From contig SVTC01000002.1 in assembly GCA_015063985.1 (NCBI GenBank), positions 67,475 through 131,474 on the forward strand: a stretch of DNA of 64,000 nucleotides, given 5' to 3'. This DNA is from Oscillospiraceae bacterium. GTDB taxonomy: Bacteria > Bacillota > Clostridia > Oscillospirales > SIG627. The translations under genes and the position numbers were made by a program. Under the pieces are notes generated by a model. It saw only the letters and a program-made list of their open reading frames with translations, did not search any database and was not told the DNA's origin. The stretch's first letter is position 1, and each line of letters starts with the position of its first letter. Positions 50,930 through 61,901 of the stretch are shown here, piece after piece.

Positions 50930-51300
50930 AATTGATCCTCCGTTTGTTTCTTCTCTCTCATATAATATATTCTAACATATTATATATACTTAATCAAGTG
51001 TTATTTTAGAAAAAATTCGTTATAAATGCATATTTTTTTCGTGTTTTTGCCCCTTTTTATGTAGTGTTTATTATACAAATTGCTGAAAATTATTAAAATT
51101 AAAGAAATCAAAAGAGATTGCATATTGAAAAGCGGAAGGCCGTAATTCCTTCCGCTTGCCGAAGATTATTAAGACGTTTATGAGTTGGGGCACAATGTGT
51201 GCCGAAATCTTGTCAACGACAAGTTTTTTGGTCCCGGTATTTTAACCGTTAAAAATGTAGTGAATGAATATGCGGTATATTTTCCTTTTATATAGCGGAT

Positions 51301-51869
51301 ATAAGTGGGTGCAGAGTAAAGGAGCGTGGTATGTGTTGGTGCTGACTTGATCGACAATGAAAGTTTTTTGCCTACTTTTTTTCAAAAAGAGATGTATAAG
51401 TCGATGCAGAGTAAAGCATCGTGGTATGTGTTGGTGCTGATTCGATCGACAATGAAAGTTTTTTGCCTGCTTTTTTTCAAAAAGAAATGTTTAAGTCGAT
51501 GCAGAGTAAAGCATCGTGGTATGTGTTGGTGCTGATTTGATCGACAATGAAAGCTTTTTGCCTACTTTTTTTCAAAAAGAAACGTTTAAGTCGATGCAGA
51601 GTAAAGCATCGTGATGTGTGTTGGTGCTGACTTGATCGACAATGAAAGCTTTTTGCCTACTTTTTTTCAAAAAGAAACGTTTAAGTCGATGCAGAGTAAA
51701 GCATCGTGATGTGTGTTGGTGCTGACTTGATCGACAATGAAAGTTTTTTGCCTACTTTTTTTCAAAAAGAGATGTTTAAGTCGATGCAGAGTAAAGCATC
51801 GTGGTATGTGTTGGTGCTGACTTGATCGACAATGAAAGTTTTTTGCCTACTTTTTTTCAAAAAAGTAGG
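51301..51869 (-). repeat. Tandem array of the AT-rich repeat, 95-bp period, 6 units
   Basis: Units start (+ strand) at 51326, 51421, 51516, 51611, 51706 and 51801; near-identical, no unique spacers. Confidence 0.95.
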
Positions 51870-52574
51870 TCAGATGTCGAAAGAGGTATCAAGGGAATAA
51901 ATGTTGGTTGCTTGCTTGTAGACGTCGGAGCCGAAAACCTTTATATTGGCGTAAGCAGCATCGCCGGGCTTTGAGTTTTGAGGAAGGAGCTGGAGTCGAA
52001 CGCTGGGCACGTCGGAGAGATCCACGTTGGAGAAGGCCACTCTTATGAAGGTGTATCCCCATCTCACGTCGGAGACGGAGTAGGTGCTTTCGGTATAGCT
52101 AACGTTGCCGTGTTCGTCGATAAGCTTGAGGCGCAGATCGTAACCCAAGCCGTTGTTTTTGCCATAATAGCGGGTATTGAGACGGATAGTCATTTGAAGA
52201 TTGTCAGCGCTGTCGAGATAATAGACGTTTCTGATTTGGAGTCTGCCGTCTGCATCCATAGTTGTGGCGGGATGAACACTGTAGCAGTTGAACTTCAAGC
52301 CGTCCTCCGGGAAGAAGAATGAGTGAGGATCGTCTTCCTGTGGGAGCTTTACGTCCAGAGCGCAGTAGGAATAAGCCTTATGCGCATGGTCGTCCATAAT
52401 GATCCTGTCGGAGATCTCGGAGTCTCTGGCTTGGTATATTCTTAAAAATATCACCGCAAAGATAGCTACGCTGATCATAATAACAAGAATGCTCAGAGCG
52501 TTGCCGAAGCGGCTTTTTTCCTCTATATTACCGTATTCGTCGTATTTAAGCTTCTTTTTTTTCATATCAGTCAT
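51870..52574 (-). CDS. Hypothetical single-TM membrane protein
   Basis: Basic N-terminus, one TM segment, beta-rich C-terminal domain. Confidence 0.75.
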   Translation of the reverse strand: MTDMKKKKLKYDEYGNIEEKSRFGNALSILVIMISVAIFAVIFLRIYQARDSEISDRIIMDDHAHKAYSYCALDVKLPQEDDPHSFFFPEDGLKFNCYSVHPATTMDADGRLQIRNVYYLDSADNLQMTIRLNTRYYGKNNGLGYDLRLKLIDEHGNVSYTESTYSVSDVRWGYTFIRVAFSNVDLSDVPSVRLQLLPQNSKPGDAAYANIKVFGSDVYKQATNIYSLDTSFDI

Positions 52575-52587
52575 CCCGAAAAAAATA

Positions 52588-52617
52588 AATAGACAGAGGT
52601 AAAAAACCTCTGTCTAT
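52588..52617. terminator. Terminator downstream of rarA
   Basis: ATAGACAGAGGT-aaaaa-ACCTCTGTCTAT, with a T-tract on the - strand. Confidence 0.7.
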
Positions 52618-52675
52618 ATTATAACTTTTAAAAGGCAACAAATAATCAATCAACTTTTAATTATTTGTAACATTT

Positions 52676-53917
52676 TCAGCCTTTGATCTTTTTCCAATAC
52701 TCTTTTGCTGCATTTTCCTGCTTGTTTTCACCGAAGTGGTAGTAGACTCTGTCCTTAATATCGTCGGGGAGATATTGCTGCTTTACGAAGTGATTGGGGT
52801 AATCGTGGGGATAGAGATAGGAATTCTTTTTGTCGCCCTCGCCGAAAAAATGGTTGTTCTTCAGCTGAGATGGCATATCCGATCCTTTTCCCGCCTTGAC
52901 GTCGTCCAAGGCCATATGATAAGCAAGGTAGGATGAGTTGCTTTTGGGAGAGGTCGCAAGAAGAACTGCGGCTTGAGCCAGGGGAATGCCCGCTTCGGGC
53001 ATTCCAAGCTGCAGTGCGCAGTCAACGCAGGACTTTGTGACTACCACTCCGTTGGGATATGCCAGTCCCACGTCCTCTGCCGCAATGACCATAAGCCTTC
53101 TGCAGGCGCTGATAATGTCACCGCTGTCAAGGAGCTTTGCGAGATAGAATACCGCCGCATCGGGATCGGAGCCGCGGATAGACTTTTGCAAAGCGCTCAT
53201 AAGCTCGAATTTGTCGTCGCCCTCGCGGTCATAGCCGGAAAGGCTGCGGCTGATAAGAGCCTGAGCATCGGAGAGCGTGAGGGTATCTTGGCAGGAAAGG
53301 TATAAAAGCTCAAGGGTGTTTATTGCTTTGCGTACGTCTCCGCCGCAGCAGGATGCGACGTGCCAAAGAGCATCCTTTTCCGCTGATTTTTCGGCCTTGT
53401 TTTCAAGGTTTAAGAAATCGAGGGCGCGTTGGAGGCTTAGGAGAACGTCGGAGGCTTGTACCTCCTTGAATTCAAATACGGCGCAACGGGAAAGGATAGC
53501 CTTGTAGATATAGAAATAAGGATTTTCCGTTGTTGAGGCGATGAGAGTGACTCTGCCGTCTTCGATGTATTCAAGAAGGATCTGCTGCTGCTTTCTGTTG
53601 AGATATTGGAGCTCGTCCAAATATAACAGCACGCCGTCGGAGCCAAAAATACCCGAGGATTCCTCCAGAACGGCTTTTATATCTGCACCGGAGGCGGTGG
53701 TTCCGTTGAGCTTGTGAAAGGTCATTTGGCAATTTTGAGCAATTATCTGGGCAACAGTGGTCTTTCCCGTTCCCGAGGGACCGTAGAAGATCATATTGCC
53801 CACCTTGTTGGAATCAAGATAGCGGCGCAGAATACCGTTTTCACCCAGAAGGTGCTTTTGTCCGCAGACCTGATCCAGGCTCTTTGGCCTGAGCCTTTGG
53901 GCGAGCGGTACGTTCAT
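52676..53917 (-). CDS. rarA: Replication-associated recombination protein A (MgsA family)
   Basis: PLAQRLRP, GPSGTGKTT, TTENPYF, SALQKSIRGSD, AAEDVGLA, YLYPHD. Confidence 0.94.
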   Translation of the reverse strand: MNVPLAQRLRPKSLDQVCGQKHLLGENGILRRYLDSNKVGNMIFYGPSGTGKTTVAQIIAQNCQMTFHKLNGTTASGADIKAVLEESSGIFGSDGVLLYLDELQYLNRKQQQILLEYIEDGRVTLIASTTENPYFYIYKAILSRCAVFEFKEVQASDVLLSLQRALDFLNLENKAEKSAEKDALWHVASCCGGDVRKAINTLELLYLSCQDTLTLSDAQALISRSLSGYDREGDDKFELMSALQKSIRGSDPDAAVFYLAKLLDSGDIISACRRLMVIAAEDVGLAYPNGVVVTKSCVDCALQLGMPEAGIPLAQAAVLLATSPKSNSSYLAYHMALDDVKAGKGSDMPSQLKNNHFFGEGDKKNSYLYPHDYPNHFVKQQYLPDDIKDRVYYHFGENKQENAAKEYWKKIKG

Positions 53918-55161
53918 CAGTTATAGAGGGGGAAGCTTTCGCAAAGATCGCTAACGGCTTTTCTGGTCATTTCGCAGGTTCCTTCAAAGTCTTTTGCGGT
54001 GTCTGCAATGAATTTGGCAATGAGCTTCATCTGATCGGGGCCGAAGCCTCTGGAGGTGACTGCGGGAGTACCTATTCTTAAGCCGCTGGTAACAAAGTGA
54101 CTTTGGGGATCGAAGGGAATGGAATTTTTGTTGGCGGTGATGTATACCTGATCCAGCTTTTTCTCCAGATCCTTGCCGGTAAGGTTCATACTTCTCAGAT
54201 CAAGGAGCATAAGATGATTGTCGGTGCCGCCGCTGACAAGGTCGAAGCCCTCTGCCATAAGAGCTTCTGATAAAACCTTAGCGTTGTCAACTACCTTCTT
54301 TGCGTAGTTTGCGAACTTGGGCTTTAGAGCCTCGCCGAAGCAAACTGCCTTTGCGGCGATGATGTGCATAAGAGGACCACCCTGGATTCCGGGGAAGATA
54401 GCCTTGTCAATCTGCTTGGCAAGCTCTTCACTGCAAAGGATAAGACCGCCTCTGGGACCTCTGAGGGTCTTGTGAGTGGTGGTGGTAACTACGTCGGCAA
54501 TGCCGACGGGAGAGGGATGAAGACCTGTTGCTACAAGGCCCGCGATATGTGCCATATCTACCATAAGATATGCGCCGACCTTGTCTGCGATCTCCCTGAA
54601 ACGCTTAAAATCGATTATACGGGGATATGCGCTGGCACCGGCAACGATGAGCTTGGGCTTGGATTCCATAGCAATCTTTTCAACCTGATCGTAATCTATG
54701 CGGTGCGTCTTTTCGTCAACGCCGTAGCTGACGAAATTATAATAAAGACCGGAGATGTTAACGGGGCTTCCGTGGGTAAGGTGTCCGCCGTCATTAAGGT
54801 TCATACCCATAACGGTGTCGCCAGCCTTGAGAAGAGCGACGTATACTGCAGTGTTTGCCTGAGATCCGGAGTGAGGCTGAACGTTTGCGTGCTCGGCGCC
54901 GAAAAGCTTGCAGGCTCTTTCGCGGGCGATGTTTTCAACAACGTCTACCTCTTCGCAGCCGCCGTAATATCTTTTTGCGGGATATCCCTCGGCGTACTTG
55001 TTTGTGAGAACGCTTCCTGCAGCGGCAAGAACTGCACTGCTTACCACGTTTTCGCTGGCGATAAGCTCGATGTTTCTGTTCTGTCTTTTAAACTCTGCCT
55101 CGATTGCCTGAGCTACTTCAGAGTCCTGAGTCTTAAGAAAGTCCATGTTTTTCTTAACCAT
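53917..55161 (-). CDS. glyA: Serine hydroxymethyltransferase
   Basis: [36 protein letters not shown]. Confidence 0.97.
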   Translation of the reverse strand: MVKKNMDFLKTQDSEVAQAIEAEFKRQNRNIELIASENVVSSAVLAAAGSVLTNKYAEGYPAKRYYGGCEEVDVVENIARERACKLFGAEHANVQPHSGSQANTAVYVALLKAGDTVMGMNLNDGGHLTHGSPVNISGLYYNFVSYGVDEKTHRIDYDQVEKIAMESKPKLIVAGASAYPRIIDFKRFREIADKVGAYLMVDMAHIAGLVATGLHPSPVGIADVVTTTTHKTLRGPRGGLILCSEELAKQIDKAIFPGIQGGPLMHIIAAKAVCFGEALKPKFANYAKKVVDNAKVLSEALMAEGFDLVSGGTDNHLMLLDLRSMNLTGKDLEKKLDQVYITANKNSIPFDPQSHFVTSGLRIGTPAVTSRGFGPDQMKLIAKFIADTAKDFEGTCEMTRKAVSDLCESFPLYN

Positions 55162-55182
55162 TTTTTATCTCCTTAAAAATTT

Positions 55183-55845
55183 TTACTTTATTACAATTTC
55201 GCTGAGCTCTTCCAGCCTTGCTCTGTCGCTGACGGAGCGGGTGAAGAATTCTCGGCTTTTTTTACATTTGGGGCATGTGAACACTATGCTTTCGCTTTTA
55301 ACGGCTATGTCGGGGTTTTTATCTCCGCAGATGCAGCTGAGCTTTCCGTCGTAAGCCATATCCTTTATGATAAAGAGCATATCAGAGCTGATCTCGGGAT
55401 TGAAGAACTCGACCTCTTCCATTCCATTGGTGTCTATAGCCATATCGGAGGAAAGACCGAGGCTGTCTTCAACGGTGCCGTCCTGGAATTTTTCCTCCAG
55501 GGCGAGAAGACGGGCGATCTCACTGTCGGATTCCTCGATTGCTTGGCGTACCTTTTCATCATCGCCGCAGAAGAAGCAATCTATGCCCGAATATGCACAC
55601 TGGAGGCTGAGAAGCTCCTTTTCCAGCAATGCCTTGGTAAGGGTGAAGCGGTGAGGTGTTGGGCAGGCAACGCAGGGTACCGTGACCTTGAATTTGCCTT
55701 GCTCTGTTTTTTCTATAATAATGGCACAGTGGCCGCAGGATGCGCTTTGGGAAAAGCCGTTGGTTTCCAGATCACCGAGATCTATCTTTACAAAGTGATT
55801 CTGTGCGCAGTGGTTGCATCTGTAGGCTACGGTTATCGTTTTCAT
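55183..55845 (-). CDS. Hypothetical Cys-rich (zinc-ribbon-like) protein
   Basis: Multiple CxxC/CxC motifs; overlaps the ogg stop. Confidence 0.75.
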   Translation of the reverse strand: MKTITVAYRCNHCAQNHFVKIDLGDLETNGFSQSASCGHCAIIIEKTEQGKFKVTVPCVACPTPHRFTLTKALLEKELLSLQCAYSGIDCFFCGDDEKVRQAIEESDSEIARLLALEEKFQDGTVEDSLGLSSDMAIDTNGMEEVEFFNPEISSDMLFIIKDMAYDGKLSCICGDKNPDIAVKSESIVFTCPKCKKSREFFTRSVSDRARLEELSEIVIK

Positions 55846-56684
55846 TGGGCAAGATACCTTTCGTAATAGAACAAATATTGTTGGGCAAGACCCGCGTTCA
55901 AGCCGAAGTCGGGAACGGTCCTGTTAAGGCGGGTGTCAATGACCTTTCTCATCCACACGTCAACGGGAAAGGCTTCACGCTTGGAATATCCAAACAGGAG
56001 TGCGCAGTTTGCAACCTTTTCGCCGATCCCCTTAACTGTACAAAGCATTTCCTTTGCCTTATGGTAATCCGCTTCTTTAATGGCGGAGGCATCAAGGCTT
56101 CCGCTGTGGAAGGCTTGAGCGCAGTTGATAAGATAAGGCGCTCTGAACCCGAAGGATAATTCTCTCAGCCTTTCCTCTCCCAGCTCAAGCACCGCCTCGG
56201 GCTCGGGAAATGAGTAGCAGTCCCCTCCCAGATCCTTTCCCGCCTCGCGGCAAAGGCTGCGGATGAGCTTTTTTATTCTTTGAATGTTGTTGTTCTGACT
56301 TATAACGAAGCTGAGAGTTGTCTCCCAGGGATCCTGATTAAGGATCCTTATTCCGTTTCCCTTTTCTATGCAGAGCTTAAGATGATCCTTTGATGCTCCC
56401 GAGGCTTCTATTATTTCCTTTTGTGCCAGAGAATAGTCTCTTTCAAGATCGAAGAAATCCTTCCAGACTATTTCAAAGTCTTCCTCTGTGACTCCTTCCA
56501 GAAACAGACCCGAATCATTGCGGAGCTTTACAGAAAGGGTCTTGCCCCCGGCTATGCCGAAAAAACCGTTTTGGCTTTTATCGAATCTGAAGCACTGACC
56601 GCAATCAAAGGTCTTTTCCGGATCCAGACCGTCGGGCACGTAAAGCAGACAGCCCTTTTTATCAAAGCTTACACTGTAAGACAT
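55842..56684 (-). CDS. ogg: 8-oxoguanine DNA glycosylase
   Basis: TFDCGQCFRF, QDPWE..SFVISQNNNI, KGIGEKVANC, FPVDVW, AGLAQQYLF. Confidence 0.9.
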   Translation of the reverse strand: MSYSVSFDKKGCLLYVPDGLDPEKTFDCGQCFRFDKSQNGFFGIAGGKTLSVKLRNDSGLFLEGVTEEDFEIVWKDFFDLERDYSLAQKEIIEASGASKDHLKLCIEKGNGIRILNQDPWETTLSFVISQNNNIQRIKKLIRSLCREAGKDLGGDCYSFPEPEAVLELGEERLRELSFGFRAPYLINCAQAFHSGSLDASAIKEADYHKAKEMLCTVKGIGEKVANCALLFGYSKREAFPVDVWMRKVIDTRLNRTVPDFGLNAGLAQQYLFYYERYLAQ

Positions 56685-56769
56685 ATTTCGTCCTTTTTTC
56701 CGTTATTGTTGACTTTTTTTACAAATGACATTATAATTAATATATTAAGTACCTTCTAAGGAGCGAGCT

Positions 56770-57453
56770 ATGGAATCGATCTATACAATACCCGTAAACG
56801 AGGCATTTGAGCAAAATCATCAGTGCCCGTTTTGCACACTTTTCGACAAGCTGGAGGAAAACGAGCTTGATCTGATTCTGGGCGCCAGCATGATGGAGCC
56901 CGATATTCGCATAAAGACCAATAAAATGGGCTTCTGCCAAACTCATTACAAGCTTATGTATGAGGGGAAAAACCGTCTCAGCCTTGCCCTGATGCTTGAA
57001 AGCCATCTGGACAGTGTTAAGAAGGAGTTAAAGGCGGGCTTTACTCTTTTCGGAACCAAGGCCGCAAAGTCTGCGGGAAACGTGGGCGAGATCAACGAGA
57101 GCTGCTACGTTTGCGACAAGATCTCAATGCATTTAAGCAAAATGATAGAGACCGCGTGCATTCTTTATAATTCCGAGGAGGAATTCAGGAAGAAATACTC
57201 ATCTCAACCTTACTTCTGCCTTAAGCACTACGAAAAGCTGATGCGCGTTGCACCCGTTTTCATCGATAAAAAGAAGCTTAAGGAGTTTTACGAGCTTACC
57301 GAGGCTATTCAGCTTAAATACATCTCCTCGCTGAGAGATGACGTGAGCTTTTTCTGCAAAAAGTTCGATTACCGCTATAAGGATGAGCCTTGGGGCACCG
57401 CAAAGGATGCAGTGGAGCGCACGATCGCGTATCTCAACGGCAGAATGATATAA
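56770..57453 (+). CDS. Conserved Clostridial hypothetical protein (DUF6062-like)
   Basis: IYTIPVNEAF..CPFC, GFCQTH, CYVC, FCLKH, KFDYR; family name from memory. Confidence 0.7.
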   Translation: MESIYTIPVNEAFEQNHQCPFCTLFDKLEENELDLILGASMMEPDIRIKTNKMGFCQTHYKLMYEGKNRLSLALMLESHLDSVKKELKAGFTLFGTKAAKSAGNVGEINESCYVCDKISMHLSKMIETACILYNSEEEFRKKYSSQPYFCLKHYEKLMRVAPVFIDKKKLKEFYELTEAIQLKYISSLRDDVSFFCKKFDYRYKDEPWGTAKDAVERTIAYLNGRMI

Positions 57454-57462
57454 ATCCCACCC

Positions 57463-57490
57463 AAAGCAACGGCTGAGCCGTTGCTTTTTT
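57463..57490. terminator. Bidirectional terminator
   Basis: AAAGCAACGGC-tga-GCCGTTGCTTT between convergent genes. Confidence 0.8.
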
Positions 57491-60092
57491 ATTGTATGGG
57501 AGGCTCGCTTGAGTCGCTCTTTTGATTCATCCACTCCATATATCTGTTCATATCCCACAGTACCTCACGGGGCTTGGAGCCGTTGAAGGGACCTATGACT
57601 CCCATATTTCCCATTATGTCCGTGATACGTCCCGCTCTGGAGTAGCCAAGCTGGAGCTTTCTCTGGATAAATGACGTGGAGATCTTTCCGTTTTCTATGG
57701 AGAGCTTTATTGCCTGAGCCAGCATAGGATCGTCATCCTGGGCACCCGAGGCATCGGGATCGGCATCGAAGCCCGCAGAATGCTTCTTTTCTCCGCAGCG
57801 TGCGGCTTCCTTTTCGATCTGTTCCTGGATCTCGCGGGAGTACTCTGCGACCTTGTGCTCTCTTAAAAAGTCGGTTATTTCCTCGACCTCTGCTTCGCTG
57901 ACGAAGCTTCCTTGAACTCTGGTGGGCTTGGTGCTGCCTACGGGAGCGTAGAGCATATCACCCCTACCCATAAGCTTTTCCGCACCTGCGATGTCGATTA
58001 TGGTCCTTGAATCTACCTGGCTGGATACCGTAAAGGCGATTCGGCTGGGGAAGTTTGCCTTGATAAGACCTGTGATAACGTCAACAGAGGGTCTTTGCGT
58101 ACCGATGATAAGGTGTATTCCCGCCGCTCTTGCCTTCTGCGCCAGACGGCAAATGGAGCTTTCAACGTCGTCTCGGGCGGTCATCATTAGATCGGCAAGC
58201 TCGTCGATGACTATTACTATGTAGGGCTCCTTTTGTCTTTCGGGATCTCCCGCAATGGCTTTATTGTAGTTTGCGATATTTCTTACGCCCTCCTCCTCAA
58301 TCAGAGCAAAGCGTCTTTCCATTTCGCTTACCGCCCATGCCAAGGCGCCTGCCGCCTTCTTGGGCTCGCTGACAACGGGGACTATAAGATGGGGAATGCC
58401 GTTGTATATGCTCATTTCAACCTTTTTGGGGTCGATAAGTATCAGCTTGACCTCGTCGGGAGTGGCCTTGTAGAGGATGGAGGTGATTACCGAGTTCATA
58501 CATACGGATTTACCCATATTGGTAGCGCCCGCGATAAGCAGATGGGGCATTTTGGTTATGTTGCAGAAAATGGGCTTGCCGGCAACGTCCATACCAAGGC
58601 ACACCGTGAGCTTGCTTTCGGCATCCTTGAAGGCACTGCTGTCGATAAGCTCTCTTAAGTATACTGTGGCAACGGATTTATTGGGAACCTCTATTCCCAC
58701 TGCCTCTTTTCCGGGGATGGGTGCTTCTATTCTGACGCCCGATGCCGCAAGATTAAGAGCGATATCGTCTGCCAGATTTACTATCGATCTGACTCTTACG
58801 CCGATGTCGGGCTGAAGCTCGTATCTTGTAACAGTGGGTCCCACTGCAACGTCAAGTATCTTTGTTTTTACTCCGAAGCTTGCCAGAGTCTCCACCAGCT
58901 TGTTGGCGGTCTGCTCCTGCTCCTGGGTGTTGCCCGATTTTCTTACGGGCTCGTATTGAAGAAGACTGACGGGAGGAAAAACGTAGGCTTCCTCGGGCTG
59001 AGGAGCTTCGTCCTCCTCTATTGTGCTGTGAATGGTTCTTTTTACCTCAAGGGAGGTCTGTGCCTCCAGCTCCTCATCGTCCTCGTCGTCAAGGCCGTCA
59101 AGGCTATCGGTAAAGCGGTGGCTGAGCTCGGGGTCCTCTTTTTTGGAAAACACGTTTTGCAGGGTCTCTCCGACGCTTGCGGGAGCCTCGCGGAGATCCT
59201 CGGCTGCGGGTCTTGCGCCGCGGCTTGCTTGGGCGGGCGCAGGTGTCATTAAGCCGTCCTCGTCAAAGCCGGGAAGCTCGCCGTCCTCGTCATACTGAGG
59301 GGTCCTTTTCTGAGGGGGAGCGGGGATCTCGTTATCGTTTTCGGCTTCTTCGTCCTCCGTGGGATCTACCTTGAAGCCCTCTCTTCTTTTTTCTGCGCAT
59401 TCCTTGCGCAAAAGCTCTGCCTGCTTCTTTTCCTCAAGCTGTCTTTGACGCTCTCTTTCCTCTTCTCTTGCAAGCTTTTTATCCCTGGCGTTATCTCTCA
59501 TATCGCCGATCTTTCCTTCTACGTTGCCCACGATAAGCCCGAAGATCTCAACGGGGCTCTTTCCGAAGATAAAGGAGCCGGAGACAATAAGCAAAATAGC
59601 GCTGATTATGGCAGTGGCTATCTTTCCCACTGCGGCTATACAGAAGCCGGAAAGAAGTGCTCCTATTGCGCCTGCGCCGGAAAGCTGGATGCCGTTATCA
59701 AATGCCACCTTGCCGTCGTATTCATCGGCAACGGGGAAAAACATTCCGTATATTATACTCACAAGCAAGATGCAGCATACACTCAGCACCCACTTGAAGA
59801 CCATACCCTTTTCCATATCCTTGGAAAAATACACCGATCTTATAAGCATTACCACGGGAATAAGATATGCTCCTACGCTGAAGCAGCCCTTGAAGCAGTT
59901 GTTGAAAAACAGTCCCACAGCTCCGGTAACGTCGGTAAATATAAGGCAAGCGGCAAAGAACACTGCCACCAATCCCAAAATGTAAGGGATAAGCCTTAAA
60001 AGAGCGGAATTGTCCTTTTTAACGGCTGTGCTTCCTTTTTTTGACGGAGGGTTTTTGCCCCCCTTTTTATTGTTTGTTTTGGTATATTTCAT
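57489..60092 (-). CDS. ftsK: DNA translocase FtsK/SpoIIIE
   Basis: 4-TM N-terminus, acidic linker, MPHLLIAGATNMGKS, IDELADLM, TQRPSVDVITG, gamma domain. Confidence 0.95.
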   Translation of the reverse strand: MKYTKTNNKKGGKNPPSKKGSTAVKKDNSALLRLIPYILGLVAVFFAACLIFTDVTGAVGLFFNNCFKGCFSVGAYLIPVVMLIRSVYFSKDMEKGMVFKWVLSVCCILLVSIIYGMFFPVADEYDGKVAFDNGIQLSGAGAIGALLSGFCIAAVGKIATAIISAILLIVSGSFIFGKSPVEIFGLIVGNVEGKIGDMRDNARDKKLAREEERERQRQLEEKKQAELLRKECAEKRREGFKVDPTEDEEAENDNEIPAPPQKRTPQYDEDGELPGFDEDGLMTPAPAQASRGARPAAEDLREAPASVGETLQNVFSKKEDPELSHRFTDSLDGLDDEDDEELEAQTSLEVKRTIHSTIEEDEAPQPEEAYVFPPVSLLQYEPVRKSGNTQEQEQTANKLVETLASFGVKTKILDVAVGPTVTRYELQPDIGVRVRSIVNLADDIALNLAASGVRIEAPIPGKEAVGIEVPNKSVATVYLRELIDSSAFKDAESKLTVCLGMDVAGKPIFCNITKMPHLLIAGATNMGKSVCMNSVITSILYKATPDEVKLILIDPKKVEMSIYNGIPHLIVPVVSEPKKAAGALAWAVSEMERRFALIEEEGVRNIANYNKAIAGDPERQKEPYIVIVIDELADLMMTARDDVESSICRLAQKARAAGIHLIIGTQRPSVDVITGLIKANFPSRIAFTVSSQVDSRTIIDIAGAEKLMGRGDMLYAPVGSTKPTRVQGSFVSEAEVEEITDFLREHKVAEYSREIQEQIEKEAARCGEKKHSAGFDADPDASGAQDDDPMLAQAIKLSIENGKISTSFIQRKLQLGYSRAGRITDIMGNMGVIGPFNGSKPREVLWDMNRYMEWMNQKSDSSEPPIQ

Positions 60093-60210
60093 TATTTTTT
60101 CCTTTGTAAAATATTCAAAAGCTATTCAGCATAATTATATCACTTTGTTCAAAAAAAATCAAGAGAAATAAAGCTTTATCCGAGGCTTTTTGTTGAAATG
60201 AAGAAAAAAT

Positions 60211-60252
60211 AAAAAAAGCCCGATGAACTGCAGTTAGATTCTTCGGGCTTTT
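60211..60252 (-). terminator. Terminator after the acyl-CoA ligase operon
   Basis: AAAAGCCCGA...TCGGGCTTTT stem. Confidence 0.6.
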
Positions 60253-60266
60253 GCTTATATTAAATT

Positions 60267-61901
60267 TCAGCGTTTGATCTTTCTGGAGCTGGTCTTGGGG
60301 AAGGGCTCTGTGCGGATGATGACATCCTTGATCTGCTTATATGCGGGCAGGTCCTTCAAAGCCTCGTCGATCTTGGTTCTGAGAGCCTCTTTATCTATGG
60401 GCTGCTCCATAAATACCTCGGCGCTGAGGGCTATCTCCTCGCCGTGTTCGTTTTTTATGCCTCTGACCACTATTTCGGTGATCTCGTCAATGCTCATCAA
60501 AATGTTTTCCATTTCCTCGGGATAGATATTCTTACCGTTGGAGAGAACTATGAGATTCTTTTTTCTTCCCGTGATGATGAGCTCGTCGTCCTCCGTAATC
60601 ATACCGTAGTCGCCGGTATAGAACCAGCCGTCCTTTATGACCTCTGCGGTCTTTTCGGGGTTCTTATAGTAGCCCAGCATAACGGTCTTACCCTTAACGC
60701 AGATCTCGCCGATGCCCTCTTCGTTGGGCTGATCGATGCGCCATTCAACGCAACCGAGCTTTTTACCTGCGCTTTTATAGTTGGTGGCACCCATGGGATT
60801 TACGCAAACCAAGGGAGAGCATTCGGTAATGCCGTAGCCTGCGGTGAGGGGGATGCCGATATCGTCAAAGAACTTACCGATCTCGGGTCTGATGGGCGCA
60901 CCGCCGCAGACCAGCTGGCGAAGATTTCCGCCGAAGGCTTCGTAAACGGAGCTAAAGAGCTTTCTTCTGAGATCGATACCCATTTTTCTCAAAGCTCTGC
61001 TGACCTTGATAAGTATCTTGAAGGCCTTTTCCTTGCCCTGCTTTTTAACGTTGTTATTTACCGCGGTGTAGAAAAGCTCTGCAACTGCGGGAACGATCAT
61101 CATATAATCGGGCTTAAAGAGCTTAAGGTTATTAACCACTGCCTTGAGCTGGTCGTTTATTGCAAGGCTTGCGCCGTAGCGGAAGGCAACAAGGATATCC
61201 ACAACTGCCGCATAGCTATGGGTATAAGGAAGAATGGAAAGGCCGGAGTCGTAGATATGTGCCACGTTAAGGCCGTGGTAAACAAGATTTACCATATTGC
61301 TCTCGCTGAGCATAACGCCCTTAGCCACACCGGTGGTTCCTGAGGTATATACAAGAAGCTTGAGGCTGTGAAGATCGCTCTGAAGAGAATTGTACTGTGT
61401 CTTATCCAGACTCTCGCCGTGCTTAAGAAGCTTGGAGAAGCTGAGAACGCCGTCCTGATCCTCGTCAAGATCAAAGCAGATGATCTTTTCCAAAAGAGGC
61501 ATCTTATCCTTTACCTCAAGAAGCTTTTCCAGGTTCTTTTTGCCGACGAAGATGACTTTACTGTCGGAATTGTTGAAAAGATCCTTAAAATCCTCGGAGG
61601 GAAGATCCTTATCCAGAGGCACGAAGGCACCCTCGGACATAATAACGGTGAAATAGCTGAGTATCCACTCGTAACGGTTTTCGCAGTAGCAGGCAACGTG
61701 GGTATTGCCGTAGCCCAGCTCGCAAAGCGCTGCGCCCAGAGCCTCGCACTGATTCTTGAACTCTCCGAAGGTGACGTCCTTGATCTCGGTCTTGGAAAGC
61801 TTGTAGCGGTAAGCCACGCTGTCGTGATATTTCTCGTCTGCTTCCTTTACCATCTGGCGGATGGTATCAAAGGGGAGATTGGGCCTTCTTTGGTATTTCA
61901 T
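60267..61901 (-). CDS. AMP-dependent long-chain acyl-CoA/acyl-ACP ligase
   Basis: YTSGTTGVAKG, GYGITE, GWFYTGD, GRKKN, FPKTSSRKIKR. Start ATG 61901 overlaps the ACP stop. Confidence 0.9.
   Translation of the reverse strand: MKYQRRPNLPFDTIRQMVKEADEKYHDSVAYRYKLSKTEIKDVTFGEFKNQCEALGAALCELGYGNTHVACYCENRYEWILSYFTVIMSEGAFVPLDKDLPSEDFKDLFNNSDSKVIFVGKKNLEKLLEVKDKMPLLEKIICFDLDEDQDGVLSFSKLLKHGESLDKTQYNSLQSDLHSLKLLVYTSGTTGVAKGVMLSESNMVNLVYHGLNVAHIYDSGLSILPYTHSYAAVVDILVAFRYGASLAINDQLKAVVNNLKLFKPDYMMIVPAVAELFYTAVNNNVKKQGKEKAFKILIKVSRALRKMGIDLRRKLFSSVYEAFGGNLRQLVCGGAPIRPEIGKFFDDIGIPLTAGYGITECSPLVCVNPMGATNYKSAGKKLGCVEWRIDQPNEEGIGEICVKGKTVMLGYYKNPEKTAEVIKDGWFYTGDYGMITEDDELIITGRKKNLIVLSNGKNIYPEEMENILMSIDEITEIVVRGIKNEHGEEIALSAEVFMEQPIDKEALRTKIDEALKDLPAYKQIKDVIIRTEPFPKTSSRKIKR

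Noticed and set aside
51301-51869. CRISPR array
   Set aside because: Whole 95-bp units are near-identical with no unique spacers, there are no cas genes in the window, and the unit is a dispersed repeat found elsewhere.
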